IMG/VR virus record: IMGVR_UViG_3300020045_007949
Coordinates: 1-64,000 of that record
Source of the DNA: a virus
Lineage: Duplodnaviria > Caudoviricetes
Direction: 5' to 3' (one strand)
DNA length: 64,000 nt
Made by a program: the position numbers and the translations under genes. This document shows positions 15,716 to 26,471 of this stretch, in pieces. The notes under the pieces were generated by a model that worked only from the letters and a program-made list of their open reading frames with translations, was not told the DNA's origin and did no database searches. The number at the start of each line of letters is the position of its first letter. Positions within the stretch are counted from its first letter, which is position 1.

Positions 15716-17608
15716 ATGAAAAAATATATGCTTGAACTTGTGAAAAACAAGGCTTTAAAAATAGTTTATTTATTATTCTTCTCAATAGGAGTTTTTGCTC
15801 AGAAAACAGATATTTTAACAGCAGATTCAACAGGAAATGTTTTTGTAGTTTTTCAAAAAAACGATTCAGTTGCAGTTGTTTTTCGTGGAAAACACACCGC
15901 ATTTACTACTGACCAAATATTCGCCAAGAATCTAAGTGCTTTTGATTTAAAGTTTGAGGGGTTTTCTAAGTTTAAGGTCAAGAAAAATGAGAGCGATTTA
16001 GGAGAGATTATTTATCCTCCTGATATTATTACACCTCCTGACACCACTAATCCACCAAGCGAGGAAACTGTCGCATTTCCAATTGAAGTCAATTATTCTA
16101 ACCCACGTTATTGGATAGAGTCATATACTTGGTCAAAAGTTCCTTCAAGTAAGAATATTATCAAAGGAATGAATGGTTACGACTTCGCACCAATAGTATC
16201 TAATCAAAACAGCAAGTACGAATACGGTGAGTGGAATCAACAATACATTTCGATTGGTCAGAAAGATACTTGGAATGACAATGGAAAGTATTTCTTAAAA
16301 CCAAAAGGATATAAAACTGATACTAAAACACATTTGTGGGATTTTGACTTAAAATTCCCCGATTTCTCCCTTCCTAAAGGCAAGATTGTAGTTATTCAAG
16401 CTACACCTAAAAGAGAGATTGGAGTGCATAATTACCTTAAAAAAGGTGTAAGCTATGTAAAGGATAAACAAGGGTCACAAGGCTATACTTTCGTTTCCGA
16501 TGGATGGCTAATTGACTTAGGTTGCCCTCCTGCTTACGATAGCCGACCAAATGCTAAGGAAATCTTTGATAATTGGTGTTCGGAAGTTGATGGAGATAAA
16601 TTACTACAATCCTTTATTAATAACGTTTACTACCCAAATAGATATAATGGCTACGTTATGTTGAATTGGGAACACGTAGGTCACAAGTGGAATGTAAGAA
16701 ATGATAAAATCATGCGATGCTTAGAATACTGGCAAGCACATGAACACACCGCTAAAATGGCATTATGGACTGTTTCGGGAGTTTCTATGGGAAAGCCAGT
16801 CTTTCAAGGTTTAGGTATAGATTTTTCAGATGCACTTAACTTTAATGGAACTATCGAAGAGTTTAGAAATAAATTTGGAAATAATATTACAGTCGATGAC
16901 TCATACTCAAAATATGTAGAAATTAGTCAAGTTGGTGGCTACATGAATTATCCAATCGACGATGGAGTTGTTCACCACTATCTATTTGAATACCTTCTTA
17001 ACAAGAAATTTTACCCAAACAAACAAGTATTAGTTACAGCTTGGTTTGACCAAGAATTAATTAACACCTTTGATTTAGGCAGGGTAAAGGTAGAAAGCGT
17101 TGATGGAACTTATTTTGCACAAGTAAAGCCCAAAACATTCCCAAGCATTACTTTTAATTGGGGTGTTTGGTCAATGCTTGGAGATGGAATAGATTTATGG
17201 TCAGACCCGAATTATTGGACAGATGATAAAAGATATTGGGGTTGGGGTGCAGTTGATATAAACGGAAAAGAGCTTGCAATGAAACACGACGAAGTAGGTG
17301 CTAAATATCCTTCACAAAGCATGAAATCCATTGATTGGTTAATGGCAGGAGTTTGGTCAATGAGTGAGAACAAAGATATTATCGAATATAGTTCTGAGTG
17401 GAAATTTATAACTCTTCCTACAAAATCATATCACGAAAAATCAGTTTTAATAGCTTACAAGATTAAGGGAAACGAAGTTTTAGTTCTTGGATTTGATGGA
17501 TTCTGCAATCCTGATGAAGTAAAAGAACATAAATTCGATATTAATGGAAAAGGATATAAAATTAAAACACACGGTAGATTTACAAGTGTTATGAGAATGA
17601 ATTTATGA
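15716..17608 (+). CDS. 630-aa protein with signal peptide, possibly glycoside-hydrolase-like
   Basis: N-terminal IVYLLFFSIGVFAQ; Pro/Thr linker; aromatic-rich C-terminal domain (YVMLNWEH). Confidence 0.5.
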   Translation: MKKYMLELVKNKALKIVYLLFFSIGVFAQKTDILTADSTGNVFVVFQKNDSVAVVFRGKHTAFTTDQIFAKNLSAFDLKFEGFSKFKVKKNESDLGEIIYPPDIITPPDTTNPPSEETVAFPIEVNYSNPRYWIESYTWSKVPSSKNIIKGMNGYDFAPIVSNQNSKYEYGEWNQQYISIGQKDTWNDNGKYFLKPKGYKTDTKTHLWDFDLKFPDFSLPKGKIVVIQATPKREIGVHNYLKKGVSYVKDKQGSQGYTFVSDGWLIDLGCPPAYDSRPNAKEIFDNWCSEVDGDKLLQSFINNVYYPNRYNGYVMLNWEHVGHKWNVRNDKIMRCLEYWQAHEHTAKMALWTVSGVSMGKPVFQGLGIDFSDALNFNGTIEEFRNKFGNNITVDDSYSKYVEISQVGGYMNYPIDDGVVHHYLFEYLLNKKFYPNKQVLVTAWFDQELINTFDLGRVKVESVDGTYFAQVKPKTFPSITFNWGVWSMLGDGIDLWSDPNYWTDDKRYWGWGAVDINGKELAMKHDEVGAKYPSQSMKSIDWLMAGVWSMSENKDIIEYSSEWKFITLPTKSYHEKSVLIAYKIKGNEVLVLGFDGFCNPDEVKEHKFDINGKGYKIKTHGRFTSVMRMNL

Positions 17609-18060
17609 AAATAAGTAAACAAGGGTTAGATTTAATAAAGGGATTTGAGTCTTTCGTTCCTAATCCGTACACAGACGCTGTGGGATTGCTAACTATCGGG
17701 TATGGTTCTACATATTATCCCAATGGGAGTAGGGTAAAAATGACAGATGAGTCTATTACTGAGCAAGAAGCAAGTAGGATGCTTTTTGTAGTTTTTGAAA
17801 ATGATTTTGCTGATTATATTCCGAATAATGTAAATCAGAATCAATTCGATGCACTTGGTTCTTTAATCTATAATATTGGTGCAAGTGCTTTTCTCAAAAG
17901 TACACTATATCGAAAAGTTTCAAAGAACCCAAATGACAAGTCGATTGAGCAAGAGTTTCTTAAATGGAATAAAGGTAGGGTAAGTGGGAAGTTAATTGAA
18001 CTAAAAGGATTAACCAACAGGAGAAAAAAAGAAGTTGAACTGTATTTTAAACCAGTATAA
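17605..18060 (+). CDS. endolysin, GH24 (T4/P21-like lysozyme)
   Basis: IKGFES...PYTDAVGLLTIGYGST catalytic E/D/T; LKGLTNRRKKE. Confidence 0.92.
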   Translation: MKISKQGLDLIKGFESFVPNPYTDAVGLLTIGYGSTYYPNGSRVKMTDESITEQEASRMLFVVFENDFADYIPNNVNQNQFDALGSLIYNIGASAFLKSTLYRKVSKNPNDKSIEQEFLKWNKGRVSGKLIELKGLTNRRKKEVELYFKPV

Positions 18061-18061
18061 C

Positions 18062-18481
18062 ATGAAAATTTTAAGTTTTTTTACAGCACAAAATATTATC
18101 ACAATCCTTGCTTGTGTAGGCATATTTTTCTTGGCAACAAAGATTGAGAAACACCAAAACAAGAAGGAATTAAATCGCTTAGATAAAGTAATTTCAAATT
18201 ACCAAGAAAAGGTTAAGAAAGACAGTGCAAGCCTATCAGAATACAACTCTCTCGTCTTTAGTTTACAACAAACCATTGATGCTTCAAAAGGAAACGACCA
18301 AAAATTCCAAGTAATTATTACTGAACAAAGAAAAGAAATTTCTGCCTTAAAGAAACAGGAGAATACTTGCTGTGAGGAATTAAAACACTTAGAAGAAACA
18401 GAAAATATCCAATACTACACTAAAGATTGTTTATCTAAGTGGTATAGAAGGGTATTAGAAAAACCCAAAAACATAAAATAA
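18062..18481 (+). CDS. spanin-like protein
   Basis: N-terminal TM plus coiled coil directly after the endolysin. Confidence 0.55.
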   Translation: MKILSFFTAQNIITILACVGIFFLATKIEKHQNKKELNRLDKVISNYQEKVKKDSASLSEYNSLVFSLQQTIDASKGNDQKFQVIITEQRKEISALKKQENTCCEELKHLEETENIQYYTKDCLSKWYRRVLEKPKNIK

Positions 18482-19885
18482 ATGTTTGCATATTCATTAG
18501 AAGAATTAAATAAGGCTTATTTCGACCTGACCACGCTTACACAGTCAGGAGATAAGCCATTTACTATTTTATACGGAGGTCGTAACTCCTCAAAAACATA
18601 TTCTTGTATTCAGTGGTTGGTTAAGAAACTTTGGATGGAAGAAGGAGCAAGTGCTATTTGGTATAGAAATGAGAGTGTATCATTGAGAGTAAAGGCTTAT
18701 GACCCAATAAAACAGTTTGCAGAGAGATATGGAATAGACGGAAGTATGACATTTCTGTTTAATAACCTATCAAGATGGATTACTTTAAAAAATGGCAATC
18801 AACTGTTATTCGACCACTGTTTTCAAGGAAAATCAAAAGGTATAGCAAATATTCGTTATGTAATTATAGATGAGGTTGACCAAGTATCTAAGGATGATTT
18901 TCTTGATACTATATCTTCTTATCGCTCTGACCCAAAGATTCGCTTCATCTTAATGTTTAATCCTGTTTCAGAAAAGCACTGGTTAAAAAAAATGTTTTTT
19001 GATGTACCTCAAACAGAAGAAGAATTTAATGAATCTCTCTACTCAATGGCTAATCGCAGAAAATACACCATTGATGACAATAAATTCGCAACAGAGATGG
19101 ATTACAAACTTCTTAATGCCTATAAATATACCGATGCAAATAAGTACAAGGTAATAAGACTTGGAGAGTGGGGAACGACACAGGTTGAGAATCCTTTTTA
19201 CCATAGATTCGTATATAACACCCATACGTATAACGAAGTTCCAATATTCGATGACTACCCAATTTATCTGTCATTTGACTTTGGTAAGTATGATACTTGC
19301 GTATTAGGGCAACACTTTCAAGACTATGAAATTGGTAGTGACGAGGCTCTTTTAAAACACTTCAATGATAAGACGGCAGCCAATACTCGACTAAGAGATT
19401 ATAGACAAAGAGATATTAAGAAACCACTTAGATTGAGAGATATTATCCACAATATCTTAAATGAATTTGGCACTGATAGAGAATATATAATCTATGGCGA
19501 TACGTCAGGAGGCTCAGACGAGTGGTCTAAATTTGCCGAGATTAGAAATTATATGGAAGACGCAGGTTGCGAAATGCTTTCATTTCCAAAAAGGATTAAA
19601 TTAAGACATAAGAGTAATGGTGCTATTACGAATTGGTGCTTTACCATGTATGGAACTAATTACAAGATTGACCGAAGATGCGATTTGTTAATCCACGACT
19701 TACTATCTGTAAAGACTGACGACTTCGGCAATATTGATAAGAATGATGCAGTTCGTTGGGATATTTCCCACATCTCTGACTGTTCTCGTTATCTTGACGT
19801 TTTAACAGATGGAATGAATTTTGTAAGAAACAATGCCTACTTCGCTGAGAAAGAACTTGGCAGAGAAGTAGGACTTATTGAATAG
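18482..19885 (+). CDS. terL: terminase large subunit (PBSX-like)
   Basis: Walker A GGRNSSKT, Walker B YVIIDE, nuclease LSFDFG and HISDCSRY. Confidence 0.9.
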   Translation: MFAYSLEELNKAYFDLTTLTQSGDKPFTILYGGRNSSKTYSCIQWLVKKLWMEEGASAIWYRNESVSLRVKAYDPIKQFAERYGIDGSMTFLFNNLSRWITLKNGNQLLFDHCFQGKSKGIANIRYVIIDEVDQVSKDDFLDTISSYRSDPKIRFILMFNPVSEKHWLKKMFFDVPQTEEEFNESLYSMANRRKYTIDDNKFATEMDYKLLNAYKYTDANKYKVIRLGEWGTTQVENPFYHRFVYNTHTYNEVPIFDDYPIYLSFDFGKYDTCVLGQHFQDYEIGSDEALLKHFNDKTAANTRLRDYRQRDIKKPLRLRDIIHNILNEFGTDREYIIYGDTSGGSDEWSKFAEIRNYMEDAGCEMLSFPKRIKLRHKSNGAITNWCFTMYGTNYKIDRRCDLLIHDLLSVKTDDFGNIDKNDAVRWDISHISDCSRYLDVLTDGMNFVRNNAYFAEKELGREVGLIE

Positions 19886-20104
19886 TTAATCAATATTAAG
19901 AAGTTTCTTTATCTCACATTCTATTGAATCTATTTGTTCAATATATAGGTGACGATTTTCAGTGTCTATATTTTCGTAAATACACTGTGACACACGCTTT
20001 CTTTGAGAAATTAAGTAATCTAATTTATTGGCTATACCAAAGTTAAAATCATAATACGCTTTAGTGTATAAATTTGTTATTTGCACTGCTTTTGGCTCTT
20101 CCAT
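19886..20104 (-). CDS. hypothetical protein
   Basis: ORF track. Confidence 0.65.
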   Translation of the reverse strand: MEEPKAVQITNLYTKAYYDFNFGIANKLDYLISQRKRVSQCIYENIDTENRHLYIEQIDSIECEIKKLLNID

Positions 20105-20121
20105 TGCATTTGTTTTAAGAT

Positions 20122-20334
20122 TTAACTAATTGGGTCAGATTCTATTAAGCGTCTGACCTTCTTTTTTATTGGGTCGTAACCTCCGTCTTGAATCAAATGA
20201 GTTAAAGCAGATATTTGACCGATTAATACTGCTTCTTGGATAGTAATATCATAAATTTCTTTCTCCTTAATAATGCCAACGTGTTCTTCAATGAGCGAAT
20301 CCCTGTACTGCTTCGCTTGTCTAATCTCCATCAT
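20122..20334 (-). CDS. hypothetical protein
   Basis: ORF track. Confidence 0.65.
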   Translation of the reverse strand: MMEIRQAKQYRDSLIEEHVGIIKEKEIYDITIQEAVLIGQISALTHLIQDGGYDPIKKKVRRLIESDPIS

Positions 20335-20336
20335 AA

Positions 20337-20477
20337 TTAATTTAGTTTTATGTTGTTCAATAATTCACTGGCAACTTCTGCTAACCATCTGTCTTTGTGA
20401 CTAAAACTACTCAGACTGTCTAAATACATTCTCAGTGCTAATTTTAATATAACTTTCTCTTGCTCTGTATATTCCAT
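20337..20477 (-). CDS. hypothetical protein (46 aa, not in ORF track)
   Basis: Manual translation MEYTEQEKVILKLALRMY...; leftward promoter-like TTTG-N19-TAATTTTA at 20495-20525. Confidence 0.55.
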   Translation of the reverse strand: MEYTEQEKVILKLALRMYLDSLSSFSHKDRWLAEVASELLNNIKLN

Positions 20478-20604
20478 AATTAGTTATTTTTTTATAAAAT
20501 TACGAACTTTATTTACAACTGCAAACAAATTAGCTAAAAATTTACTTTTTTTTGTCACATTTTTTGCTTATATTTGTTAGAAGTAACAATATATCCAAAA
20601 TTCA

Positions 20605-21513
20605 ATGGCTGGCTGCAAAACTACCGTAAAATATCCAATCATAATCGACTGTAATGGCAATACATTAGGAATAGAAGACCTTGACTTTGTGCCATATACT
20701 GGTGCGGATAAAGATGTTGATTTGGGTGAATTTGGAGCAAAAATCGGTAATTTAGAATTTGATACATCTCCAACAAATAAACCAACTACCGCAGGTTCAG
20801 TAGTATGGAATCCGACAGATGGTACACTTGATATAATTTTAAAAGGTGCAAAAACTACTTTACAGGTAGGGCAGGAACAGGTTATTCGAGTTGTAAACGG
20901 CACTGGTGGTAATCTAACTGAGGCTGAATACAAGTGTGTAAGAATTAATGATGCACAAGGACAAAGACCAAAAGTTGTTTTGGCTGAGGCTGATACGAAT
21001 GAAAATACACTAAATACAATTGGTCTTGTTACTGAGGATATTGGTAACAATCAAGAGGGATATGTAACGACATTCGGTCTTGTTAGGGAAATAAACACCA
21101 CAGGTTCGCTACAAGGAGAAACTTGGAATGACGGAGATGTGCTTTATTTATCAGCTACAACGGCAGGTGGATTAACAAAAACGCCTCCTTCAAAACAGGT
21201 AATAGTTGGATTTGTTATTCATGCACACAATACTCAGGGGAGCATATTTGTAAGAATCCACGACATTCTTGCCTCGACAGGTGCAGTGCCACTTTATAGT
21301 ACGAGAACTTTTAGTTCGACAGGGCTATTAACTTCTTTTTCTTTTAGTCATTTATTAGGAACTACACCTACGACAGTGTTAATAGAACCCCTAACACAAG
21401 ATGCACGAGATTACTCTCATATAACATATAGCTCTACTACCGTTACTATTAATTATTTAGTAGCACCACCAGTAGGAACAAATAATTTAGTATTTAACGC
21501 AAGTGTAATATAA
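20605..21513 (+). CDS. tail fiber / receptor-binding-associated protein
   Basis: Thr/Gly-rich beta domains; position before the tailspike. Confidence 0.65.
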   Translation: MAGCKTTVKYPIIIDCNGNTLGIEDLDFVPYTGADKDVDLGEFGAKIGNLEFDTSPTNKPTTAGSVVWNPTDGTLDIILKGAKTTLQVGQEQVIRVVNGTGGNLTEAEYKCVRINDAQGQRPKVVLAEADTNENTLNTIGLVTEDIGNNQEGYVTTFGLVREINTTGSLQGETWNDGDVLYLSATTAGGLTKTPPSKQVIVGFVIHAHNTQGSIFVRIHDILASTGAVPLYSTRTFSSTGLLTSFSFSHLLGTTPTTVLIEPLTQDARDYSHITYSSTTVTINYLVAPPVGTNNLVFNASVI

Positions 21514-23129
21514 TGAAAATAAGCAATATAGCTGAATTAAAAACAAGAAGAGGCACAACTGGCTCTAATGTAAATGTACTTGGATATTATTCAAGCGGTG
21601 ATGGCGGTGGAGGAGAGTTTTATTGGGATAATTCAAGTACGGAGACGGATAATGGCGGAACTATTATCAAAGTTACTGCTTTAACTACTGGTAGATGGAA
21701 AAGAATAATTGACAAATCGCATATTAATGTTCTTTGGTTTGGTGCTGTGAATGGAACTACCGATTCAATTGTAGCTATCAATAAAAGCATCGAGTATGCC
21801 TTTAGTGAGAGAATAGGAGAGGTAAAATTAAACGGAAAATTTAGGGTTTCAAGTAGTATATTACTGTATCCAAGCATAAACCTAAATGGAACTTCATCTG
21901 GATTTGATAATAACGCAGGAACGGAAATTTCTGTAACAGTTGGATTTAATGGACATATTATAAAATCCAAGTTTGATGAAACTAACGCACCTGATATGTG
22001 GCAACATTGGGGTGGCATATCAGACATTAGTATTATAGGAGATAACCAACTTACTGGATGTGGTATTAAAATATACAGAGCAGGAGAAAACTTCTTAATC
22101 ACCAAGATTCAAGTATTTAGGACTGCTTCTCATGGGGTAATGATATATGATGCAAGCACTCCATGTCATGTTGGGTATATTAGTTGCCATTGGTGTGGTC
22201 ATCGTGATAATGGTGCAGGATTGTATATTGAAAATGCAATTCAAACCTCTGTGCAAATTCTGTATTTGGCAGGAGATAACAACAAACTTGGCTTATTGAA
22301 GTTAAAAAATATATACCAATCAAGTGTATTTCTTCAATCATTCAAATCAGAGCGTTCGGACTTTTCATCTACTAATCCATTAATGATAATGGGACACGAC
22401 GATGTTATTGTTGTAGAAAATGGGAATGGTGGAATTTTAACGATAGGTGCTGGAAAGGTTTGGGTTGAAGATAATAAAGACTCAACTGGTAGTGTTATTA
22501 AAAATTATCACGATGGTAGCTCTTCTAATGCACAAATTCAAATATTAGGTTCGATAGGAGTGTCTATTGACCCAACGAACGGGGTGTATGCCTATGATTA
22601 TAATGGCGAGGTGACAGTCCCGTTTAATACTTTTGTTAATGTAATGGGAGTGCATGAGCTTGGTAGGCTAAATACAATGAAAGGCTCTTTTTCTACCACT
22701 GGATTGTATAAATACGGCAGTAGTAGGATAAAAGGAATAGGAACTGTAAGTAACACAACAGAAAGTACAGATGGACTTTCACAGGTTGTTGTCGATGGAG
22801 TTACTGGTGGGCAAATGTATAATGCTAAGGGAGATTTTTATATATCACAAGGAAGTGTTACTGGTGATATTATAATTACAAATAATGCTGGTGTTGTTGG
22901 TAGGATATATCCAAACGGAAATATGTCTTTTGGTGATGCACTGTCAAATATAACAAGTGCAATAGCGAATTTCGCCTCCACTACAAAAGGATTTTTACCA
23001 CCAAAAGTTACTACTACTCAAAAAAATGCAATAGCATCACCAGTTAGCGGTTTAATGGTTTATGACACAACACTTAATAAGCTATGCGTATATGAAGGTA
23101 GTTCTTGGAAAACAATTACAACTACGTAA
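21513..23129 (+). CDS. tailspike with pectate-lyase-like beta-helix (putative depolymerase)
   Basis: INVLWFGAVNGTTDSIVAINKSIE beta-helix cap; C-terminal STTKGFLPP...GLMVYDTT domain. Confidence 0.75.
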   Translation: MKISNIAELKTRRGTTGSNVNVLGYYSSGDGGGGEFYWDNSSTETDNGGTIIKVTALTTGRWKRIIDKSHINVLWFGAVNGTTDSIVAINKSIEYAFSERIGEVKLNGKFRVSSSILLYPSINLNGTSSGFDNNAGTEISVTVGFNGHIIKSKFDETNAPDMWQHWGGISDISIIGDNQLTGCGIKIYRAGENFLITKIQVFRTASHGVMIYDASTPCHVGYISCHWCGHRDNGAGLYIENAIQTSVQILYLAGDNNKLGLLKLKNIYQSSVFLQSFKSERSDFSSTNPLMIMGHDDVIVVENGNGGILTIGAGKVWVEDNKDSTGSVIKNYHDGSSSNAQIQILGSIGVSIDPTNGVYAYDYNGEVTVPFNTFVNVMGVHELGRLNTMKGSFSTTGLYKYGSSRIKGIGTVSNTTESTDGLSQVVVDGVTGGQMYNAKGDFYISQGSVTGDIIITNNAGVVGRIYPNGNMSFGDALSNITSAIANFASTTKGFLPPKVTTTQKNAIASPVSGLMVYDTTLNKLCVYEGSSWKTITTT

Positions 23130-24982
23130 TGGCTTATAGAATATATATAGCAAACTTCGAGGTAAGCGAAGAGAAGATTGAAGGCTTTGATAGTATCAAG
23201 GTTAAAAAGGTTCTCTCGGAAACTTATTGGGGTTATTGGAATGAAGATGGATTTGGATTTGGAACTGACGGAAGCACAAAGGTTGTCATAAAGGATGAAC
23301 TTGCATCTTCTTGTATTAAAAAGGTTTTTGAAAGAGATTCTTTTTCAGCACAAATACCCGTAGTTATTCTAAATGAAGATTCAGGTCAGAGGATTGAACT
23401 TTTGATAGACTTTTCTGATTATGGTGAACCTGATTGCTGTTACGTAGAATGTTCTTTTAGGGCAAAAGGTGGCGGAGACTTACTTAGAAGTAGGGAAAAG
23501 GTTGAATATCCACTTCAATTAACAGAAGGCATTCAAGTTCCGATTCGTGACCTTCCGAATAATATCAATTTCACGGTAGCCAATGCCACGCACACGACTA
23601 CTACATCAACCGAACACTCAGTTCCATTATTAATCTCAGAAACATTTCCTGAGATCGGCACAGGTCAAACGGTTTTAGTTGAACAAATTAGACCGTTTTT
23701 TGTTTCATCAATAAGTGGTTGTGTTGAATTAATTGGGTCAATAAAGGTTTTCGTACAAAGTAATGCAGTAAATACGCTTAATTTTTACATAAAAATAGGT
23801 GGAGTTGACACTTTGGTAGGCTCTTGCATAACGAACACGAGTCTCACTGAAAGGACTATTACAATTAATGAAACTTTCTACATAGGTATTAGCGATGAGA
23901 TTTTCTTGTATGCTAAGTCAGTGACAGAGCCATTGACTTACACATATACATATAATGATTCATCAGGACTTTCTGTTTTAAGGTGTTCAGAAGAGCCAAT
24001 AGAATGGAAAACAGTTAAGGCGATTAGTGTAAGAGATGCTTTTGAAACTATAATCACTCAATCAACTAATTCGACATCAGAATTAGTGTCTTATCTATTC
24101 GACGATTGTGAATTTGATGGATATTTAACTAATAACGAGGGATTGCAAGGGCAGAATAGCTCGATAAATGTAAGTCTATCTAAGTTATTTGAGGAGTTAA
24201 ATAATAAATATCCAGCTTCGATAAATATAGAAGCCACGAAGGTTTCGGTATTATCAAGATGTGAGTTTATGGTTTGCAGGACTCCGTATAAATTAGAACC
24301 AATTTCGGTTAAAAGAGTTGTAAATGCAGACCTACTTTACTCGAATATAAAGGTAGGATATAATAATTGGAAGTCAGAAAGTAAATTCGGCTCTTTAGAA
24401 TACAATTCGACGAGGGAATATCAAACAGAATATGTCATTTCAGCAAATACGCTCTCTCTCTTAAATGATTGGAGTTCATCTTCATCTATTATTAGCGAAC
24501 AGATTAGAAAGAAAAAAGAGAAAGACGAGATTCATTGGATTATTGTAAATAAAGAGACAGGATACGCAGAAACAAACGAATATATAGATGCAGGGGTTTA
24601 TCAGAACGACAGAGCGATTAATCTTAGGATAACTCCTGTGAGGAATTTGAATCGCTGGAGAAAGTTTATGTTAACAAATTCTCTTTTCGCAAGCGGAACT
24701 GGTAATTATAATTTCTCATCAGATGACGATTATTCTTGCGGATGTATTGAAGAGGGCGGAGTTATTGCAGAAGACCAAGATATTTTAAGCGAGCCGATTA
24801 TTGGAAAATTCCTTTACAACCTCGAACTTGATTCTTGCGGAATAGATATTAGTAGATTAATGGGTTGTGTATCTTTTGACTATTGCGGAGTAGAGAGAAA
24901 AGGATTCGTAAAATCTTTGGAATACGCTATTTCTCAAACAAAAAGTGAATTAATTTATTTACAGGTGATAGAATTAATATGA
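23129..24982 (+). CDS. tail tip/baseplate protein
   Basis: TAATG coupling to the tailspike; size and position. Confidence 0.6.
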   Translation: MAYRIYIANFEVSEEKIEGFDSIKVKKVLSETYWGYWNEDGFGFGTDGSTKVVIKDELASSCIKKVFERDSFSAQIPVVILNEDSGQRIELLIDFSDYGEPDCCYVECSFRAKGGGDLLRSREKVEYPLQLTEGIQVPIRDLPNNINFTVANATHTTTTSTEHSVPLLISETFPEIGTGQTVLVEQIRPFFVSSISGCVELIGSIKVFVQSNAVNTLNFYIKIGGVDTLVGSCITNTSLTERTITINETFYIGISDEIFLYAKSVTEPLTYTYTYNDSSGLSVLRCSEEPIEWKTVKAISVRDAFETIITQSTNSTSELVSYLFDDCEFDGYLTNNEGLQGQNSSINVSLSKLFEELNNKYPASINIEATKVSVLSRCEFMVCRTPYKLEPISVKRVVNADLLYSNIKVGYNNWKSESKFGSLEYNSTREYQTEYVISANTLSLLNDWSSSSSIISEQIRKKKEKDEIHWIIVNKETGYAETNEYIDAGVYQNDRAINLRITPVRNLNRWRKFMLTNSLFASGTGNYNFSSDDDYSCGCIEEGGVIAEDQDILSEPIIGKFLYNLELDSCGIDISRLMGCVSFDYCGVERKGFVKSLEYAISQTKSELIYLQVIELI

Positions 24983-26061
24983 TAACTTTTGGAGTAAAAC
25001 AAGTAGGATTTAGTTCCGATATTAACGACCCATTGTACCTAAAGCCAATAAATATAGCTTTGGGAGAATGGTGGTCACTTGCTGTTCCAAAATCAGCATT
25101 ACCATCTTGTAAATTAAAATTAGCAGTTGTTAAGAATATTGGGTCAATAAGTGACGCTGATTGTAATTGCGGAGTAGAGATTAATAAAATAATTGACAAA
25201 AGTTGTTTGTATCAAATACCGAACGATGATACCTCTTATCTTAATCTAACCATTTTAGACAAGGAAATCATTCCTGCGTTTAACATAATCGTTGGAGAAG
25301 TTGAGATTCTTGAATTTGAAGGAGGAACAATTGATGATTTAATCCTCTTAATCAACGGGATGAATCTCGGAGTTGACGAATTGGGATATGGAATAAGGAT
25401 TTACTTCGATAAGAAATATAATGGCTCAACAGCGACTATTCAAGGAGCAGAGGAAGCGGTAAAGGAAGTTTATTTACTAAACGATAAATTCTGCTTCCTC
25501 TGCTCCAAATATGTAGGGATTAGTTTCTCGTTCTGCGAAATTGGTTGCCATAGACTCGCTTTCATTAACAATGATGGATGTATAGTTGCTTTTGCCAATC
25601 AATTTAACGTAGTCAAAAAAGCACCAAAAAATGAGAAAATAATCGAATATTACGCAAACGGATTTTATCATAGACATCGCTTATTCTTAGAATTAAAAAC
25701 CGCTACGTACTTGAATGAGGAAGAACAGAAGACTCTTTCTACTGGTGATATTTCTATTCTTAATGTGATTATTCGCACACAAAGAGAATTTTATACAGGA
25801 CTTTTAAATCACAAGCAACATCTCGAACTCCTTTCAGTATTCAAGAAGGAGTTTAAGATTGACGGTAAAAAGGCTTTAATGTTGGGGAGTTATAATAATG
25901 ACTCAGAAGGGTTCGGAAGAAAAAGCATCGGAAATGGAACTTTGAACTTCAAGGAAGAAACTTACAAGAACATTGACGCTTGCTCGACTGGTTGCGAAAG
26001 TGGGTCGATATTTATATATGAAATATATGAGACAGAAAAAGTACAAACTATTTTGCAATAA
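24979..26061 (+). CDS. tail tip/distal tail-like protein
   Basis: ATGA overlap; position. Confidence 0.55.
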   Translation: MITFGVKQVGFSSDINDPLYLKPINIALGEWWSLAVPKSALPSCKLKLAVVKNIGSISDADCNCGVEINKIIDKSCLYQIPNDDTSYLNLTILDKEIIPAFNIIVGEVEILEFEGGTIDDLILLINGMNLGVDELGYGIRIYFDKKYNGSTATIQGAEEAVKEVYLLNDKFCFLCSKYVGISFSFCEIGCHRLAFINNDGCIVAFANQFNVVKKAPKNEKIIEYYANGFYHRHRLFLELKTATYLNEEEQKTLSTGDISILNVIIRTQREFYTGLLNHKQHLELLSVFKKEFKIDGKKALMLGSYNNDSEGFGRKSIGNGTLNFKEETYKNIDACSTGCESGSIFIYEIYETEKVQTILQ

Positions 26062-26082
26062 TAAATAATTGTGTTATATTTG
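26052..26082 (+). promoter_or_regulatory. Bacteroidota consensus promoter
   Basis: TTTG-N19-TATATTTG; predicted +1 near 26087. Confidence 0.75.
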
Positions 26083-26086
26083 TCTT

Positions 26087-26159
26087 TCCAACCGAAAGTA
26101 AAATAATGAATGAGTAGTGAGAAACGAACAGCCATCTTTTACTTTTTACGTTAGTTGGA
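26087..26159 (+). ncRNA. structured RNA element A (homolog of B)
   Basis: TCCAAC/GTTGGA plus AAAGTAAAA/TTTTACTTT nested stems. Confidence 0.55.
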
Positions 26160-26267
26160 GATTCAGAACGATCCAAACACCGCTTTCACGAAGTCGCCAG
26201 TTATGAATAAGGACTAATTAAAAAATAAAACTATAAACATAGCGGCTTATAATTATGGTATGAAACT

Positions 26268-26468
26268 ATGAAAAAGAAATTCGACCAAACTTTTGAAAAA
26301 GGAGCAGTATATGACGACGATATAATGCAAATAATTAGAGAAATTAACCATATTTCACACAAGCCGACCGAAGAAGAAAAAGGCATTGTTGCAGGAGATG
26401 TGGGGGAACTTTCTTATTATACTATTTTGAGAAAGAAAATAAGGTTAGTATTATATGTCGAAGAATAA
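26268..26468 (+). CDS. hypothetical protein (66 aa)
   Basis: ORF track; own promoter and terminator. Confidence 0.65.
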   Translation: MKKKFDQTFEKGAVYDDDIMQIIREINHISHKPTEEEKGIVAGDVGELSYYTILRKKIRLVLYVEE

Positions 26469-26471
26469 ATT

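Noticed and set aside
20577-21050. 157-aa antisense ORF (and similar ones at 21620-22105, 12090-12470, 12627-13013, 37575-37889)
   Set aside because: Shadow frames of well-supported structural genes
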